The translations under genes were made by a program, and so were the position numbers. This document shows positions 1-10,249 of a DNA stretch of 64,000 nucleotides, in pieces (position 1 is the first letter of the stretch; every line of letters starts with the position of its first letter). This stretch comes from Candidatus Iainarchaeum sp. Lineage in GTDB: Archaea > Iainarchaeota > Iainarchaeia > Iainarchaeales > DTGL01. The notes below the pieces were generated by a model that did not search any database, was not told the DNA's origin, and saw only the letters and a list, made by a program, of their open reading frames with translations. The DNA lies in the NCBI GenBank assembly GCA_038736825.1, contig JAVYME010000001.1:76933-140932 (forward strand). Direction: 5' to 3'.

Positions 1-279
1 TGAGCAAAATAAAGAGGTAGAATTAACAAAAACGAAAGCAATAATGCCATTAAAAAAATCTTGCGGTTTGAAGCCATGAAAACCACTCAAAACCCAAAAC
101 AAATACAACATTCCAGTATTTAATATTTCCGTATGAATGCAAAGGGTTTGACTGCTGTTGCAATCTCAAAAAAAAAAAGCCAGCAAATGCAACATTGGAC
201 TGTTTTATGGGTTTGACAAAAAAAAGCAATAAATGGCTTTTTATTTTTTTATGCGTTTTTTTGTTAGAGGGCATAGCGC

Positions 280-723
280 ATGATTTCCGAAATAGAAATG
301 CTGGTAAGGCTTGTTGTTGCCACGCTTTTGGGCATGATGGTTGGCTATGAAAGGGAGATAAGCGAAAAGCCGGCTGGCATAAGGACTTTTGCAATAGTTT
401 CAATTGGAGCCTGCCTTTTTGCAATAATTGGCTTGATTATAGCTGAAGGTAACACTGATGGAAGCATTGACAATACCAGGATTGCCGCAGGCATTGTCAG
501 CGGCATAGGTTTTTTGGGCGCTGGTGTTCTATTTCACTCTGAAAACAAGGTTTTAGGGCTTACAACTGCGGCTGGAATTTGGGCAATGGGGGCTGTAGGG
601 CTTGCTGTTGGCTTGGGTTATTATTTGGCAGCCACTCTTGCAACTGCCCTAATATACATTGTTCTCTTTTCAGGAAGGTTTTATGGCAAAAACCCAATAG
701 CAGTAAAAAAAGAAAAAAAATAA
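280..723 (+). CDS. mgtC: MgtC/SapB family membrane protein
   Basis: Translation contains MgtC-family motifs (YEREISEKPAGIRTF..., GIVSGIGFLGAG, GLTTAAGIWAMGAVGLAVGLG). 147 aa with four hydrophobic helices. Confidence 0.7.
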   Translation: MISEIEMLVRLVVATLLGMMVGYEREISEKPAGIRTFAIVSIGACLFAIIGLIIAEGNTDGSIDNTRIAAGIVSGIGFLGAGVLFHSENKVLGLTTAAGIWAMGAVGLAVGLGYYLAATLATALIYIVLFSGRFYGKNPIAVKKEKK

Positions 724-1011
724 TGCAAGGCAAAATGCAAACCGGCAGTTTAAGGGATTTTAAAAATTGGTTGAATTCAAAAAGTCGTTTGCACAAACCA
801 GTGAAAGCCGCAATACCAACAATAAAAGAAATAATTGCAATTCATTCAAAAACTCCAAGCAAAACCGGTTTTTGCGTTCAGTGAAACATTTATATTTATT
901 TCTGTTTACTATGAATAGAGTTTCCAAAATTGCTTGAATAGATATCTTTGTGGCGATTTTTGCGGCTTTATTGGCTTTCCCTCAGCTTTGGTGAATCCCT
1001 CCTGAAATCGT

Positions 1012-1299
1012 TTGCTAAGGTGCCGGGAACGCAAAACGCCAGTTTTTCCGGTGAAACACGTGGCAGAAAAAACCGAACAAGAAGAAGAAAACTTTTTAGT
1101 GCCAAAACATTTCTTGGTAGATGAAGCCGAAGCAACAGCCCTTCTTGCAAGGCTTGACTGCAAAAAAGAAAACCTGCCAGGCATACTAAAGACAGATCCT
1201 GCAATAAAAAAACTCAAAGCCAAAAAAGGAGACATTATAAGGATTGAACGGAATTCTCCAACTGCAGGAAAAGCGATTTATTATAGGGTTGTAAGGTAA
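1012..1299 (+). CDS. rpoH: DNA-directed RNA polymerase subunit H (Rpb5-like)
   Basis: VPKHFLVDEAEATALLARLDCKKENLPGILKTDPAIKKLKAKKGDIIRIERNSPTAGKAIYYRVV matches archaeal RpoH. Sits directly upstream of rpoB. The true start may be an internal GTG; the N-terminus is uncertain. Confidence 0.85.
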   Translation: MLRCRERKTPVFPVKHVAEKTEQEEENFLVPKHFLVDEAEATALLARLDCKKENLPGILKTDPAIKKLKAKKGDIIRIERNSPTAGKAIYYRVVR

Positions 1300-1301
1300 A
1301 G

Positions 1302-2786
1302 GTGTTTGTGGTGACTGAATTTGACAAATGGCCATTGATTGACAATTATTTCCGCAATAGAACCTTTGCAGACCTTGAAATACAGTCCTTTAACCAGTTC
1401 GTGGAAGAAAAACTTCCAGAAATAGTGGTGGAAAACCAAGACATAAGCCCAAAAATAGAAGAAGTGCGAGTGGAGGTTGCAAACATAGAGGTTTTAAGGC
1501 CGCGCGTTGTTGAAGCCGATGGCTCTCCAAGAAACGATTTTTGGCCAATAGAGGCACGCATAAGGAATCGCACTTATTCTGGACCAATTTATCTGGATAT
1601 GCGTTTGCTGCGAAGGGATGTAGAGCAGGACGTGAAAAGAGCCTATGTGGGCGAACTGCCAATAATGCTTAAATCCAACAAGTGCTGGCTTTACGGAAAA
1701 ACCCCAGAAGAACTAATTGAAATGGGTGAAGATCCTTTAGATTTCGGGGGCTATTTTATAATCAATGGCTCGGAAAAAGCACTCATGACTCAAGAAGTGC
1801 TTAGCTCTGACCGAGTAATGATTTCTGAAAAGGTTCGAGGAGACGTCATAGCAGAAGTAATCAGCACTCGCGGAGCATTCAAGGGCCGCGTGAGAGTCAT
1901 GAGGAAAAAAAACGGCTTGCTTTATGTAAGGTTTCCCAGTTCGCCAAAAAAACTCAAATTGTTTGTGCTCATGAGAGCCCTTGGAATGGAATCCGAAAAC
2001 GACATAAAAGCAGCCTTCACAATCGGTGAAGAACAAGTCCAAAATGATGTGCTCTTGAACCTAGAACAAACCGAAATAACAAAAGAAAAGGACGCTCTTG
2101 ACAAGATAGGGAAAAGCGTTGCCCCAGGCCAAGTAATAGATTACAGGCTGAAAAGAGCCCAAGAAGTGGTTGATGGTTTTTTGCTTCCACACATTGGGCA
2201 AAGCAAAAGCGACAGAATTGCAAAAGCATACTATTTGGGAATGATGGCTTCAAAAGCAATAGAAAGAGCCTATGGTTTGAGGGAAGAGGATGACAAAGAC
2301 CATTATGCAAACAAAAGGCTTGAATTGTCCGGCAAGCTCATGGAGCACCTTTTCAGGTATGCTTTCAAGTATTTCGTTAAAGACTTGAAATTCCAAATAG
2401 ACAGGACTGTAACGAGGAGAAGAAAACTCAACATTAGCACAGTGGTTAGACCTGATGCAATAACTGAAAGAATCAGGTTTGCAATGTCCACTGGCAACTG
2501 GATTGGCAGAGCCACTGGTGTAAGCAAATTCATGGACCGCGTGAACTATTTGAGCCCTTTAACCGATATAAGGAAAGTCAAAAGCCCATTGAACAAAAAC
2601 AGGGAATTATATGAAGCAAGAGATGTCCATGGAACACACTGGGGAAGAGTTGACTCTGTTGAAACCCCGGACGGACCGCAATGCGGTTTAGTGAAAAACC
2701 TTTCCTTGATGGCAAGAGTCACCACTGACAGCCGCACTGAAACAATAGAGGAAATGCTTAAAGCAAAGGGAGTGAAACTAGACTAG
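1302..2786 (+). CDS. rpoB2: DNA-directed RNA polymerase subunit B'' (N-terminal half of split Rpb2)
   Basis: 494 aa with Rpb2 N-terminal lobe/protrusion-like sequence. Followed immediately by the B' half; split B subunit as in euryarchaeal/DPANN-type archaea. Confidence 0.9.
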   Translation: MFVVTEFDKWPLIDNYFRNRTFADLEIQSFNQFVEEKLPEIVVENQDISPKIEEVRVEVANIEVLRPRVVEADGSPRNDFWPIEARIRNRTYSGPIYLDMRLLRRDVEQDVKRAYVGELPIMLKSNKCWLYGKTPEELIEMGEDPLDFGGYFIINGSEKALMTQEVLSSDRVMISEKVRGDVIAEVISTRGAFKGRVRVMRKKNGLLYVRFPSSPKKLKLFVLMRALGMESENDIKAAFTIGEEQVQNDVLLNLEQTEITKEKDALDKIGKSVAPGQVIDYRLKRAQEVVDGFLLPHIGQSKSDRIAKAYYLGMMASKAIERAYGLREEDDKDHYANKRLELSGKLMEHLFRYAFKYFVKDLKFQIDRTVTRRRKLNISTVVRPDAITERIRFAMSTGNWIGRATGVSKFMDRVNYLSPLTDIRKVKSPLNKNRELYEARDVHGTHWGRVDSVETPDGPQCGLVKNLSLMARVTTDSRTETIEEMLKAKGVKLD

Positions 2787-2801
2787 GTTTTTTGAATAAA
2801 G

Positions 2802-4628
2802 GTGTGCTTTATGGCGAAAGGCAATGCAAAGGTTTACATTAATGGAAGGCTTATAGGATTCCATCCAGCACCGGAAAAACTCACTCAAGAACTCATTGAG
2901 GCAAGAAGACAGGCAAAAATAGACTCTCAAATAAACATTGCATTAAACGAAATGACAAACGAAATATACATTAACACTGATTCCGGCAGAGTGCAAAGAC
3001 CAGTGATTGTGGTTAAAGACGGAAAACCACTGTTAACCGAAAAACACGTTGAAAAAGTAAAAAACAATGAACTGTCATGGGATGACCTTGTAGAACAAGG
3101 CATAATAGAATACCTTGACGCAGAAGAAGAAGAAAACGCAATGATTGCCACAAAAGAATCCGAACTCACAAAAGAACACACTCACATGGAAATAGAACCT
3201 GCTGGCATCCTGAGCGTCATAACAAACCTCATTCCATTTGTGAGCCACAACCTTAGCGGAAAAGCATTGCATGGCGCAAAAATGTTCAAACAAGCAGCAG
3301 GCATAGGGCAAATAAACTACAATCTAAGAACGGACACTGAAGGCTATTTATTGCACTACCCGCAAAAAAACCTTGTAAAAACCAAAACAATGGACTTAGT
3401 GCACATGGAATCAAGGCCTCAAAACCAAAACTTTGTAGTAGCAATCTTGCCCTATTACGGTTTCAACACTCTTGACGCAGTAGTAATAAACAAGGGCGCT
3501 GTTGAAAGAAGCCTTGGAAGAATGGCTTACTTTCGCACTTATGAAGCCATGCAAACCAGATACCCCGGCGGGCAAAGAGACAAATTTGAAGTTCCAAGCG
3601 AGGAAACAGTTGGCTACCTTGGAAAAGAATACTATCACGCTTTAGGAGAAGACGGCTTTGCAGAAATAGAATCAAAAGTGAACGGCAAAGATGTAGTAAT
3701 AGGCAGAACCTCTCCACCAAGATTCCTTGAAGAAGTCAGCGAATTCGGGGTAGTAAAAGAAAGAAGACGCGAATCCTCAATTACCGCAAGAAAAGGAAAA
3801 GAAGGATTTGTGGACAAAATATTCATTACAGAAAGCACTGACGGCGACATGCTTGTCAAAGCAAAAATCAGGAGCGACATGAGCCCAGAAGTGGGTGACA
3901 AGTTCTCTTCAAGGCATGGCCAAAAAGGAGTTGTCGGCGCAATAGTGCCGGAAGAAGACATGCCCTTTACAGCAGACGGAATAAAACCAGATTTGCTCTT
4001 GAACCCACACTCTATTCCAAGCAGAATGACAATAGGGCACTTGTTGGAAATGCTTGCCGGAAAAGCCGCTTGCATGAACGGCGAAATAGTTGACGGCACT
4101 CCATTCAAGGACGCAAAAAGAAGCGAGCTAGAGCAAATCCTTTTCGAGCACGGTTTCAGGCCGGACGGCAGAGAAGTCCTTTACGATGGAATTTCCGGTC
4201 AAAGAATAGACGGCAAAGTCTTCATAGGAGTGGTTGGATACAGGCGCCTTTACCACATGGTTGCCCACAAAATGCAGGCAAGAGCGCGCGGTCCAGTGCA
4301 AATACTTACAAGGCAACCAACAGAAGGAAAAGAAAAAGAAGGCGGTTTAAGGTTTGGGGAAATGGAAGGCGAAACCCTAGTAGGACACGGTGCAAGCATG
4401 CTCTTGCAAGAAAAATTCATAGATGACTCTGACAAAGTAGTGGAACTGGTTTGCGAAAAATGCGGAATAATTGCAGTCAACGACAAGATAAGGAACAAAA
4501 AATATTGCCCGGTTTGCGGTAGTTCAAGGGTTTACGGAGTGGAAATGAGTTATGGCTTTAAATTGTTGCTGGATGAACTCAAAGCGTTGGGCGTTTACCC
4601 AAAACTCAACTTGGTGGACAAAGCATAG
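2802..4628 (+). CDS. rpoB1: DNA-directed RNA polymerase subunit B' (C-terminal half of Rpb2)
   Basis: Contains GQKGVVG..., the NPHSIPSRMTIGHLLE motif and a C-terminal Zn-ribbon CEKCG...CPVCG. 608 aa. Confidence 0.95.
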   Translation: MCFMAKGNAKVYINGRLIGFHPAPEKLTQELIEARRQAKIDSQINIALNEMTNEIYINTDSGRVQRPVIVVKDGKPLLTEKHVEKVKNNELSWDDLVEQGIIEYLDAEEEENAMIATKESELTKEHTHMEIEPAGILSVITNLIPFVSHNLSGKALHGAKMFKQAAGIGQINYNLRTDTEGYLLHYPQKNLVKTKTMDLVHMESRPQNQNFVVAILPYYGFNTLDAVVINKGAVERSLGRMAYFRTYEAMQTRYPGGQRDKFEVPSEETVGYLGKEYYHALGEDGFAEIESKVNGKDVVIGRTSPPRFLEEVSEFGVVKERRRESSITARKGKEGFVDKIFITESTDGDMLVKAKIRSDMSPEVGDKFSSRHGQKGVVGAIVPEEDMPFTADGIKPDLLLNPHSIPSRMTIGHLLEMLAGKAACMNGEIVDGTPFKDAKRSELEQILFEHGFRPDGREVLYDGISGQRIDGKVFIGVVGYRRLYHMVAHKMQARARGPVQILTRQPTEGKEKEGGLRFGEMEGETLVGHGASMLLQEKFIDDSDKVVELVCEKCGIIAVNDKIRNKKYCPVCGSSRVYGVEMSYGFKLLLDELKALGVYPKLNLVDKA

Positions 4629-7256
4629 GTGAAAAAAATGCTGCAAAAAAAAATAGGCTCAATAGATTTCAGGGTAATGGACCCAAAAACAATAAGAAAA
4701 ATGAGCGCAATAGAAATAAAAACAGCTGAAACCTATGACAAAGACGGTTATCCAATGGAAGAAGGGCTAATGGACCCACACCTTGGCGTCATAAACCCTG
4801 GCTTGAGATGCAAAACCTGCGGGCAAAAAATGAAGCATTGCCCTGGACACTTTGGCTCCTTTGAACTCGTAAGACCAGTATTGCACGCAAAATTCAGTAA
4901 AAAAATAGAAGAACTCTTGCAATGCACTTGCCGCAATTGCGGGCGCATCCTCTTAGAAGAAAGCGCAATAGAAGAACTCTTGAAAAAAACAGGCGGCAAA
5001 CCAGTTGATTTAACCAAAAAAATAAAAACAAAGGCAAAAAATGCCAAAAAATGCCCTCACTGCAATGCCCCCCGCGACAAAATCTCCCTTGACAAGCCAA
5101 CAAATTTTTACATTGAAAAAAACAGGTTTTATCCAACAGAAATAAGGGACTGGCTGGAAAAAATTCCAGACAAGGATTTACCCTTGTTTGGAGTGGATCC
5201 AAAACTGTTAAGGCCTGAATGGCTTGTGCTAACAGTACTGCCTGTTCCGCCAATAACAATAAGGCCGTCAATAACCCTTGAAACAGGCGTAAAATCCGAA
5301 GACGACCTAACACACAAGCTTGTGGACATCATTCGCATTAATGGCAGGCTAAAAGACAACATTGACGCTGGAGCACCACAACTCATTATAGAAGACTTGT
5401 GGGATTTATTACAATACCATGTAACAACCTATTTTGACAACCAGATAGCTGGAGTGCCGCCAGCAAAACACCGTTCCGGCAGGCCATTGAGAACAATAAC
5501 CCAGCGGCTAAAAGGAAAAAAAGGAAGGTTCAGGCACAACCTCACAGGAAAAAGAGTGAATTATGCAGCGCGTTCAACCATAAGCCCCGATCCCTATATC
5601 TCCATAAACGAGGTTGGCATTCCTGAAGAAATAGCCCAAGAACTGACAGTACCGGAAAGGGTTACAGAATGGAACAAAAAAAGAATAGTGGACGCCATCC
5701 TGAAAACAGACACAATTGTCACTGTAACCAGGCCTGATGGCACAAGAAAACGCATTACAGAGGAAACAAAAGCCGACATAGCAAAAGAAATAGACTTGGG
5801 TTACAAGGTTGAAAGAAAACTAAGAGACGGCGACATAGTGCTATTCAACAGGCAACCCTCATTGCACAGGCTTTCAATGCTAGCCCACAAGGCAAGGATT
5901 TTGCCAGAAAAAACCCTTAAAATGAACCCGATAGTGTGCAAGCCATACAATGCAGACTTTGACGGAGACGAAATGAACCTGCACGTGCCACAAACAGAAG
6001 AAGGACAAGCTGAAGCCAAAGAACTCATGTTTGTCCAAAAACAAATAATAAGCCCGAGATATGGCGCTCCAATTATAACCCTTGACGAAGACGGCATTTC
6101 AGGAGCATACGTGCTCACAATGGATCAAACCGAATTCGACAAAGAAAAAGCCTACCAGTATTTTTACGAAATCGGCTTAAAGGAATTCCCAAAACCGGAC
6201 AGGGGAAACAAGTACTCGGGAAAACTCATATTCAGCCAGTTATTGCCAGAAGACCTCACAATTTCCTACAAGTCAAGAATGTGCGAAACCCTGGCGCAAA
6301 GCGATCCACACTACAAATGCCAGGGCGAAAAATGCAAGTATTGCGTTAAAATAGTGAAAGGAAAACTGTTAAGCGGCGTCATAGATGACAACTCGCTCGG
6401 CGAAGGAAAGGGAAAACTAGTGGACGTGCTCACAAGAAAATACCCGCCAGAAATAATAACCGAATTTTATGACAAAATGAGCAGAATCGTTTCAGACCTA
6501 TTGACAACCCGCGGAATCACAGTAGGATTGGACGAATACGAAGTAAGCGACAACATAAAAAAAATGAAAGAAGAAGCATTAAAAGACCTCCAAAAAAGAG
6601 GCGAAGAACTTGTCAAAAAATACAATGAAAAAAAACTCCAGCTCATTCCCGGAAGAGGGTTAGACGAAAGCTTTGAAATCTACATGCTCCGCCTGACATC
6701 TGAAGTAAAATCCAAAGTGGAAAAAGCACTCTTAAGGGAAAAACTTGAAAACGTGCTAAAGGAAAAACCACAATACAACACAAGCGTAATGATTGTCTCC
6801 GGTTCAAGGGGAAGCAGCACCAACCTAATGAACATTGGCGGCTTTTGGGGCCAGGCATCAGTCAGAGAGGGAAGACCAAAGCGTGGATTCTATCACAGGC
6901 TGATAGTGCAAAACAAAAAAGGCGATGTTGGAATAGACGCAGGCGGCTTCATTAAAAGCAATTTCATGGACGGAATGAATTGCACAGAATACTTTTACCA
7001 CGCAATAGGCGGAAGACAAGGAGAAGTGGACACAGGCGTTAGCACAAAAGTCTCAGGATACCTTTACAGGAGGCTCGCCAATTCATTGAAAGACATAAGC
7101 GTTGCAAAAGACGGCACTGTAAGAACAAGCGGCCACAAATTAATACAATATGTTTACGGTGAAGACGGCGTATTCCCAATGAACAGCAGAAAAGGACGAA
7201 CAATAGACCTTAACAGCATAATAAGCGAAATAACCGGTTCGGAAAAAAAGGTGTGA
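4629..7256 (+). CDS. rpoA1: DNA-directed RNA polymerase subunit A' (Rpb1 N-terminal part)
   Basis: N-terminal Zn-binding [16 protein letters not shown] and the catalytic [10 protein letters not shown] motif. 875 aa. Start abuts the rpoB' stop. Confidence 0.95.
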   Translation: MKKMLQKKIGSIDFRVMDPKTIRKMSAIEIKTAETYDKDGYPMEEGLMDPHLGVINPGLRCKTCGQKMKHCPGHFGSFELVRPVLHAKFSKKIEELLQCTCRNCGRILLEESAIEELLKKTGGKPVDLTKKIKTKAKNAKKCPHCNAPRDKISLDKPTNFYIEKNRFYPTEIRDWLEKIPDKDLPLFGVDPKLLRPEWLVLTVLPVPPITIRPSITLETGVKSEDDLTHKLVDIIRINGRLKDNIDAGAPQLIIEDLWDLLQYHVTTYFDNQIAGVPPAKHRSGRPLRTITQRLKGKKGRFRHNLTGKRVNYAARSTISPDPYISINEVGIPEEIAQELTVPERVTEWNKKRIVDAILKTDTIVTVTRPDGTRKRITEETKADIAKEIDLGYKVERKLRDGDIVLFNRQPSLHRLSMLAHKARILPEKTLKMNPIVCKPYNADFDGDEMNLHVPQTEEGQAEAKELMFVQKQIISPRYGAPIITLDEDGISGAYVLTMDQTEFDKEKAYQYFYEIGLKEFPKPDRGNKYSGKLIFSQLLPEDLTISYKSRMCETLAQSDPHYKCQGEKCKYCVKIVKGKLLSGVIDDNSLGEGKGKLVDVLTRKYPPEIITEFYDKMSRIVSDLLTTRGITVGLDEYEVSDNIKKMKEEALKDLQKRGEELVKKYNEKKLQLIPGRGLDESFEIYMLRLTSEVKSKVEKALLREKLENVLKEKPQYNTSVMIVSGSRGSSTNLMNIGGFWGQASVREGRPKRGFYHRLIVQNKKGDVGIDAGGFIKSNFMDGMNCTEYFYHAIGGRQGEVDTGVSTKVSGYLYRRLANSLKDISVAKDGTVRTSGHKLIQYVYGEDGVFPMNSRKGRTIDLNSIISEITGSEKKV

Positions 7257-8437
7257 AAATGTCATCAAAGGAAAAAAAAGAAGAAAAAGAACCAAAAGAA
7301 AAAAAAACACTAAAAGAAGAGCTCGAAGAGCTCAGGGGAAACCTTCCCCAAAAAACATGGGATGAAATTTTCAAAAAATCAGAAGAACTCGGCTTGAAAA
7401 GAGAACAAATAGAAAAAATAATAGCCCATGCCAGAGAAGAATACGAAAAAAACCTGGTTCAAAGCGGTGAAGCAGTGGGCATAGTGGCAGCGCAAAGCCT
7501 TGGCGAGCCAGGAACACAGCTCACTCTCAGAACAAAACACTTTGCAGGAGCACTAGAGGTTTCAGTAGGCTCAGGAATCCAGAGAGTGGAGGAAATAGTT
7601 GACGGCAGAAGCAAAACAAAATACCCGACAATGACAATCTACCTCTGTGACGAAATCAAAAAAGACAAAAACAAAGTGGAAAAATTCGCGCAATCACTTA
7701 TTGATGTGCGCGGCGAAGAAATACTCAAAATCACAGAAGATTTCTCCAAAAAAACAGTGGAATTGGAACTAATAGAGGAAAAAATAAAAGAAAAAAACCT
7801 TGACGAAACAGAACTCATAAACAAACTCAAAGAACTAATAAAAAAAGGAAAGGCGGCAAAAAGAGGCACCAAACTGATAGTCACATTTCCCCGCAACTAT
7901 CCATTGATAAAAATAAGAAACGAGCTCATAAAAGTGTTGAGAAAACGCATTCAAGGCGTCAACGGAATAGAAAAAACAATAATTTCAGAAAAAGACGGTG
8001 AATTCGTAATACACACTGTTGGAACAAACCTTAAAACAATCCTGAGAAAAAAAGAAGTGGACGCAAAACGCACCACCACAAACGACATAGCCGAAATAGC
8101 AAAAGTGCTGGGCATAGAAGCAGGCAGAACCGCAATCATTGAAGAACTCCACAAAACATTGGAAGAAAACAACATTGCAGTGGACTTAAGACACATAATA
8201 TTGCTCGCAGACGTCATAACCTTTTCAGGAGAAATCAAGGGAACAGTAAGAACAGGCGTAATGAGAGAAAAAACCTCGCCCTTTGCCAGAGCAGCATTCG
8301 AAGAAACAGTCAAACACCTTCTCAACGCAGCAATGTACGGCGAAAGAGAAGAACTGCAAGGAGTAGTGGAAAACATAATTGTAGGCCAGCCAATAAAAAT
8401 TGGCACAGGCACTGTCGAAATAGTCATGAAAGAATAA
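7253..8437 (+). CDS. rpoA2: DNA-directed RNA polymerase subunit A'' (Rpb1 C-terminal part), with K/E-rich N-terminal extension
   Basis: 4-nt overlap with rpoA'. Conserved A'' core ([28 protein letters not shown]). The first ~60 aa are lysine/glutamate low-complexity. Confidence 0.9.
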   Translation: MKMSSKEKKEEKEPKEKKTLKEELEELRGNLPQKTWDEIFKKSEELGLKREQIEKIIAHAREEYEKNLVQSGEAVGIVAAQSLGEPGTQLTLRTKHFAGALEVSVGSGIQRVEEIVDGRSKTKYPTMTIYLCDEIKKDKNKVEKFAQSLIDVRGEEILKITEDFSKKTVELELIEEKIKEKNLDETELINKLKELIKKGKAAKRGTKLIVTFPRNYPLIKIRNELIKVLRKRIQGVNGIEKTIISEKDGEFVIHTVGTNLKTILRKKEVDAKRTTTNDIAEIAKVLGIEAGRTAIIEELHKTLEENNIAVDLRHIILLADVITFSGEIKGTVRTGVMREKTSPFARAAFEETVKHLLNAAMYGEREELQGVVENIIVGQPIKIGTGTVEIVMKE

Positions 8438-8450
8438 AAAGGGGATTTAA

Positions 8451-8768
8451 ATGACAGAAATTGATTTAGAAAAAGAATTGAGGCGCGCAATAGACACTGG
8501 AAAAGCAGAATTCGGCTACAGGTCAAGCGAAAAAAACATGCTCTTAGGCAAAGGCAGGCTGCTCATAACAAGCACCAACCTTAACAAAAGGCAAAGGGAA
8601 AGACTAGTGCATCTCGCAGGATTATCAGAAATACCAGTGCTGGATTCAGGAAAAAGCGCTCTAAGGCTTGGCTCAATCTGCGGCAAACCCTTTCCAGTAA
8701 CCGCAATGGTAGTCATTGAAACAGGAAAAAGCAAGATTATGAGCATAGCACAGCCAAAAAAACAGTGA
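8451..8768 (+). CDS. rpl30e: ribosomal protein L30e
   Basis: 105 aa; L30e/L7Ae-fold sequence (LRRAIDTGKAEFGYRSS...). Conserved position between rpoA'' and nusA. Confidence 0.85.
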   Translation: MTEIDLEKELRRAIDTGKAEFGYRSSEKNMLLGKGRLLITSTNLNKRQRERLVHLAGLSEIPVLDSGKSALRLGSICGKPFPVTAMVVIETGKSKIMSIAQPKKQ

Positions 8769-9175
8769 ACCAAATGAAACTAGAAATGGAGGAAATTTTC
8801 TTCATTAATGCATTGGACGCAGAAACAGGAGTGATAGCAAAAGACTGCATAATCAGCCCAAAAATGGTGACATTCCTGGTAAAAAACGAGGACATGGGAA
8901 AAGCAATAGGGCCAAAAGGAATCAAAATAAAAAACCTTTCAAAAAAACTCGGCAGAAAAGTGGAATTGCTGGCATTCTTTGAAAGCCCTGAAGAGTTTTT
9001 CCGAAAAGCATTCCCTGAAACCGAATTCGGGGAAATCAAAAAAGAACAAAACTCGCTTGTCCTGCAGATAAACTCCATGGAAAAAAAGAGAATGATGCAG
9101 GACACAGGCAAATTCAAAAGAATAAAAAAGATAGCGGAGAGGAATTATAATATAACCGGAATAAAAATGAAATGA
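8765..9175 (+). CDS. nusA: archaeal NusA-like transcription termination factor (KH domain)
   Basis: KH-domain GxxG motif ([23 protein letters not shown]). Conserved position before S12. Confidence 0.8.
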   Translation: MNQMKLEMEEIFFINALDAETGVIAKDCIISPKMVTFLVKNEDMGKAIGPKGIKIKNLSKKLGRKVELLAFFESPEEFFRKAFPETEFGEIKKEQNSLVLQINSMEKKRMMQDTGKFKRIKKIAERNYNITGIKMK

Positions 9176-9615
9176 AAAAAAGGTGTGTTTTAATGGCAAA
9201 CGGGGAATTCTCAGCCAGAAAACTGGAAAAAGACAGAAAAAAATGGAGAAAAAAGAAAACAGGATACAAGAAAAAGCACGAATCGCGCAAGCACAGCCTT
9301 TTAGAGGGCGCACCGCAAGCAAAAGGAATAGTGATTGAAAAGCGCGGAGTTGAAGCCAGACAGCCAAATTCAGGCGTAAGAAAATGCGTGAGAGTGCAAC
9401 TAATAAAAAACGGCAAACAATTGACAGCGCTTGCACCAAAAGACAAAGCAATACAATTCATAGACGAACACGATGAAGTGACAATAGAAGGCATAGGCGG
9501 AAGAAAGCACGGCGCAATAGGCGACCTCTGGGGAGTGCGATTCAAAGTCATAGGCGTCAACAACCAGTGCCTAGAAATGCTTCGCACAGGAAGAAAAGAA
9601 AAGGTAAAGAGGTAA
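9172..9615 (+). CDS. rps12: ribosomal protein S12 (S23e)
   Basis: [25 protein letters not shown]...HDEV matches S12. Confidence 0.95.
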   Translation: MKKRCVLMANGEFSARKLEKDRKKWRKKKTGYKKKHESRKHSLLEGAPQAKGIVIEKRGVEARQPNSGVRKCVRVQLIKNGKQLTALAPKDKAIQFIDEHDEVTIEGIGGRKHGAIGDLWGVRFKVIGVNNQCLEMLRTGRKEKVKR

Positions 9616-10223
9616 TGCTGATGGCAAAAGTTTTTGGCAAGTGGGAAACAGAAAACATAAAAATCAGCGATCCGGGACTGCAAAAATACATTTGCCTTGA
9701 AACAAAAACAATCCCGCACACCTTCGGCAGAGCCTCAAAAAAAAGATTTGAAAAAGCAAAAATAAGCATTGTGGAAAGACTGGTGAACAAAGTAATGCGC
9801 TCAGGGCAAGGCAAAAGAAAACTGAGCGGAAAATACATAAGAGGCCGCGGCTCAACCGGAAAAAAACTGCAAGCAATGCAAATAGTTGAAGTGGCATTCG
9901 ACAAAATAGAAAAAAGAACCAAAAAAAACCCAGTGGAAGTTCTAATAAAAGCAATAGAGTTTTCAGCGCCAAGAGAAGACACCACAAGGCTGAAAAAAGG
10001 CGGCATATCCTATTCGCAAAGCGTGGACGTAGCACCAATGAGAAGGCTTGACGAAGCACTGAAAAACCTTGCCCTGGCAGCCTTTGCAAATTCTTTCAAC
10101 AACAAAACCAGCGTTGAAGACGCACTCGCAGAAGAATTGATTCTGGCAAGCCAGGAAAACCCGAAAAGCCAGGCAGTAAAGAGAAGAAACGAAATTGAAA
10201 GAATTGCAGTAAGCTCGAGGTAA
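9615..10223 (+). CDS. rps7: ribosomal protein S7 (S5e)
   Basis: The ORF track begins at 9567, inside S12. The in-frame ATG at 9615 overlaps the S12 stop by 1 nt and gives [11 protein letters not shown]..., a typical archaeal S7 start. Confidence 0.9.
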   Translation: MLMAKVFGKWETENIKISDPGLQKYICLETKTIPHTFGRASKKRFEKAKISIVERLVNKVMRSGQGKRKLSGKYIRGRGSTGKKLQAMQIVEVAFDKIEKRTKKNPVEVLIKAIEFSAPREDTTRLKKGGISYSQSVDVAPMRRLDEALKNLALAAFANSFNNKTSVEDALAEELILASQENPKSQAVKRRNEIERIAVSSR

Positions 10224-10249
10224 AAAAAAACTGTCTGGAAACAGGTTTA

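Noticed and set aside
50-424. 124-aa minus-strand ORF at the window start overlapping mgtC
   Set aside because: Low-complexity translation that overlaps a well-supported MgtC gene. The upstream 1-279 region looks non-coding and AT-rich.
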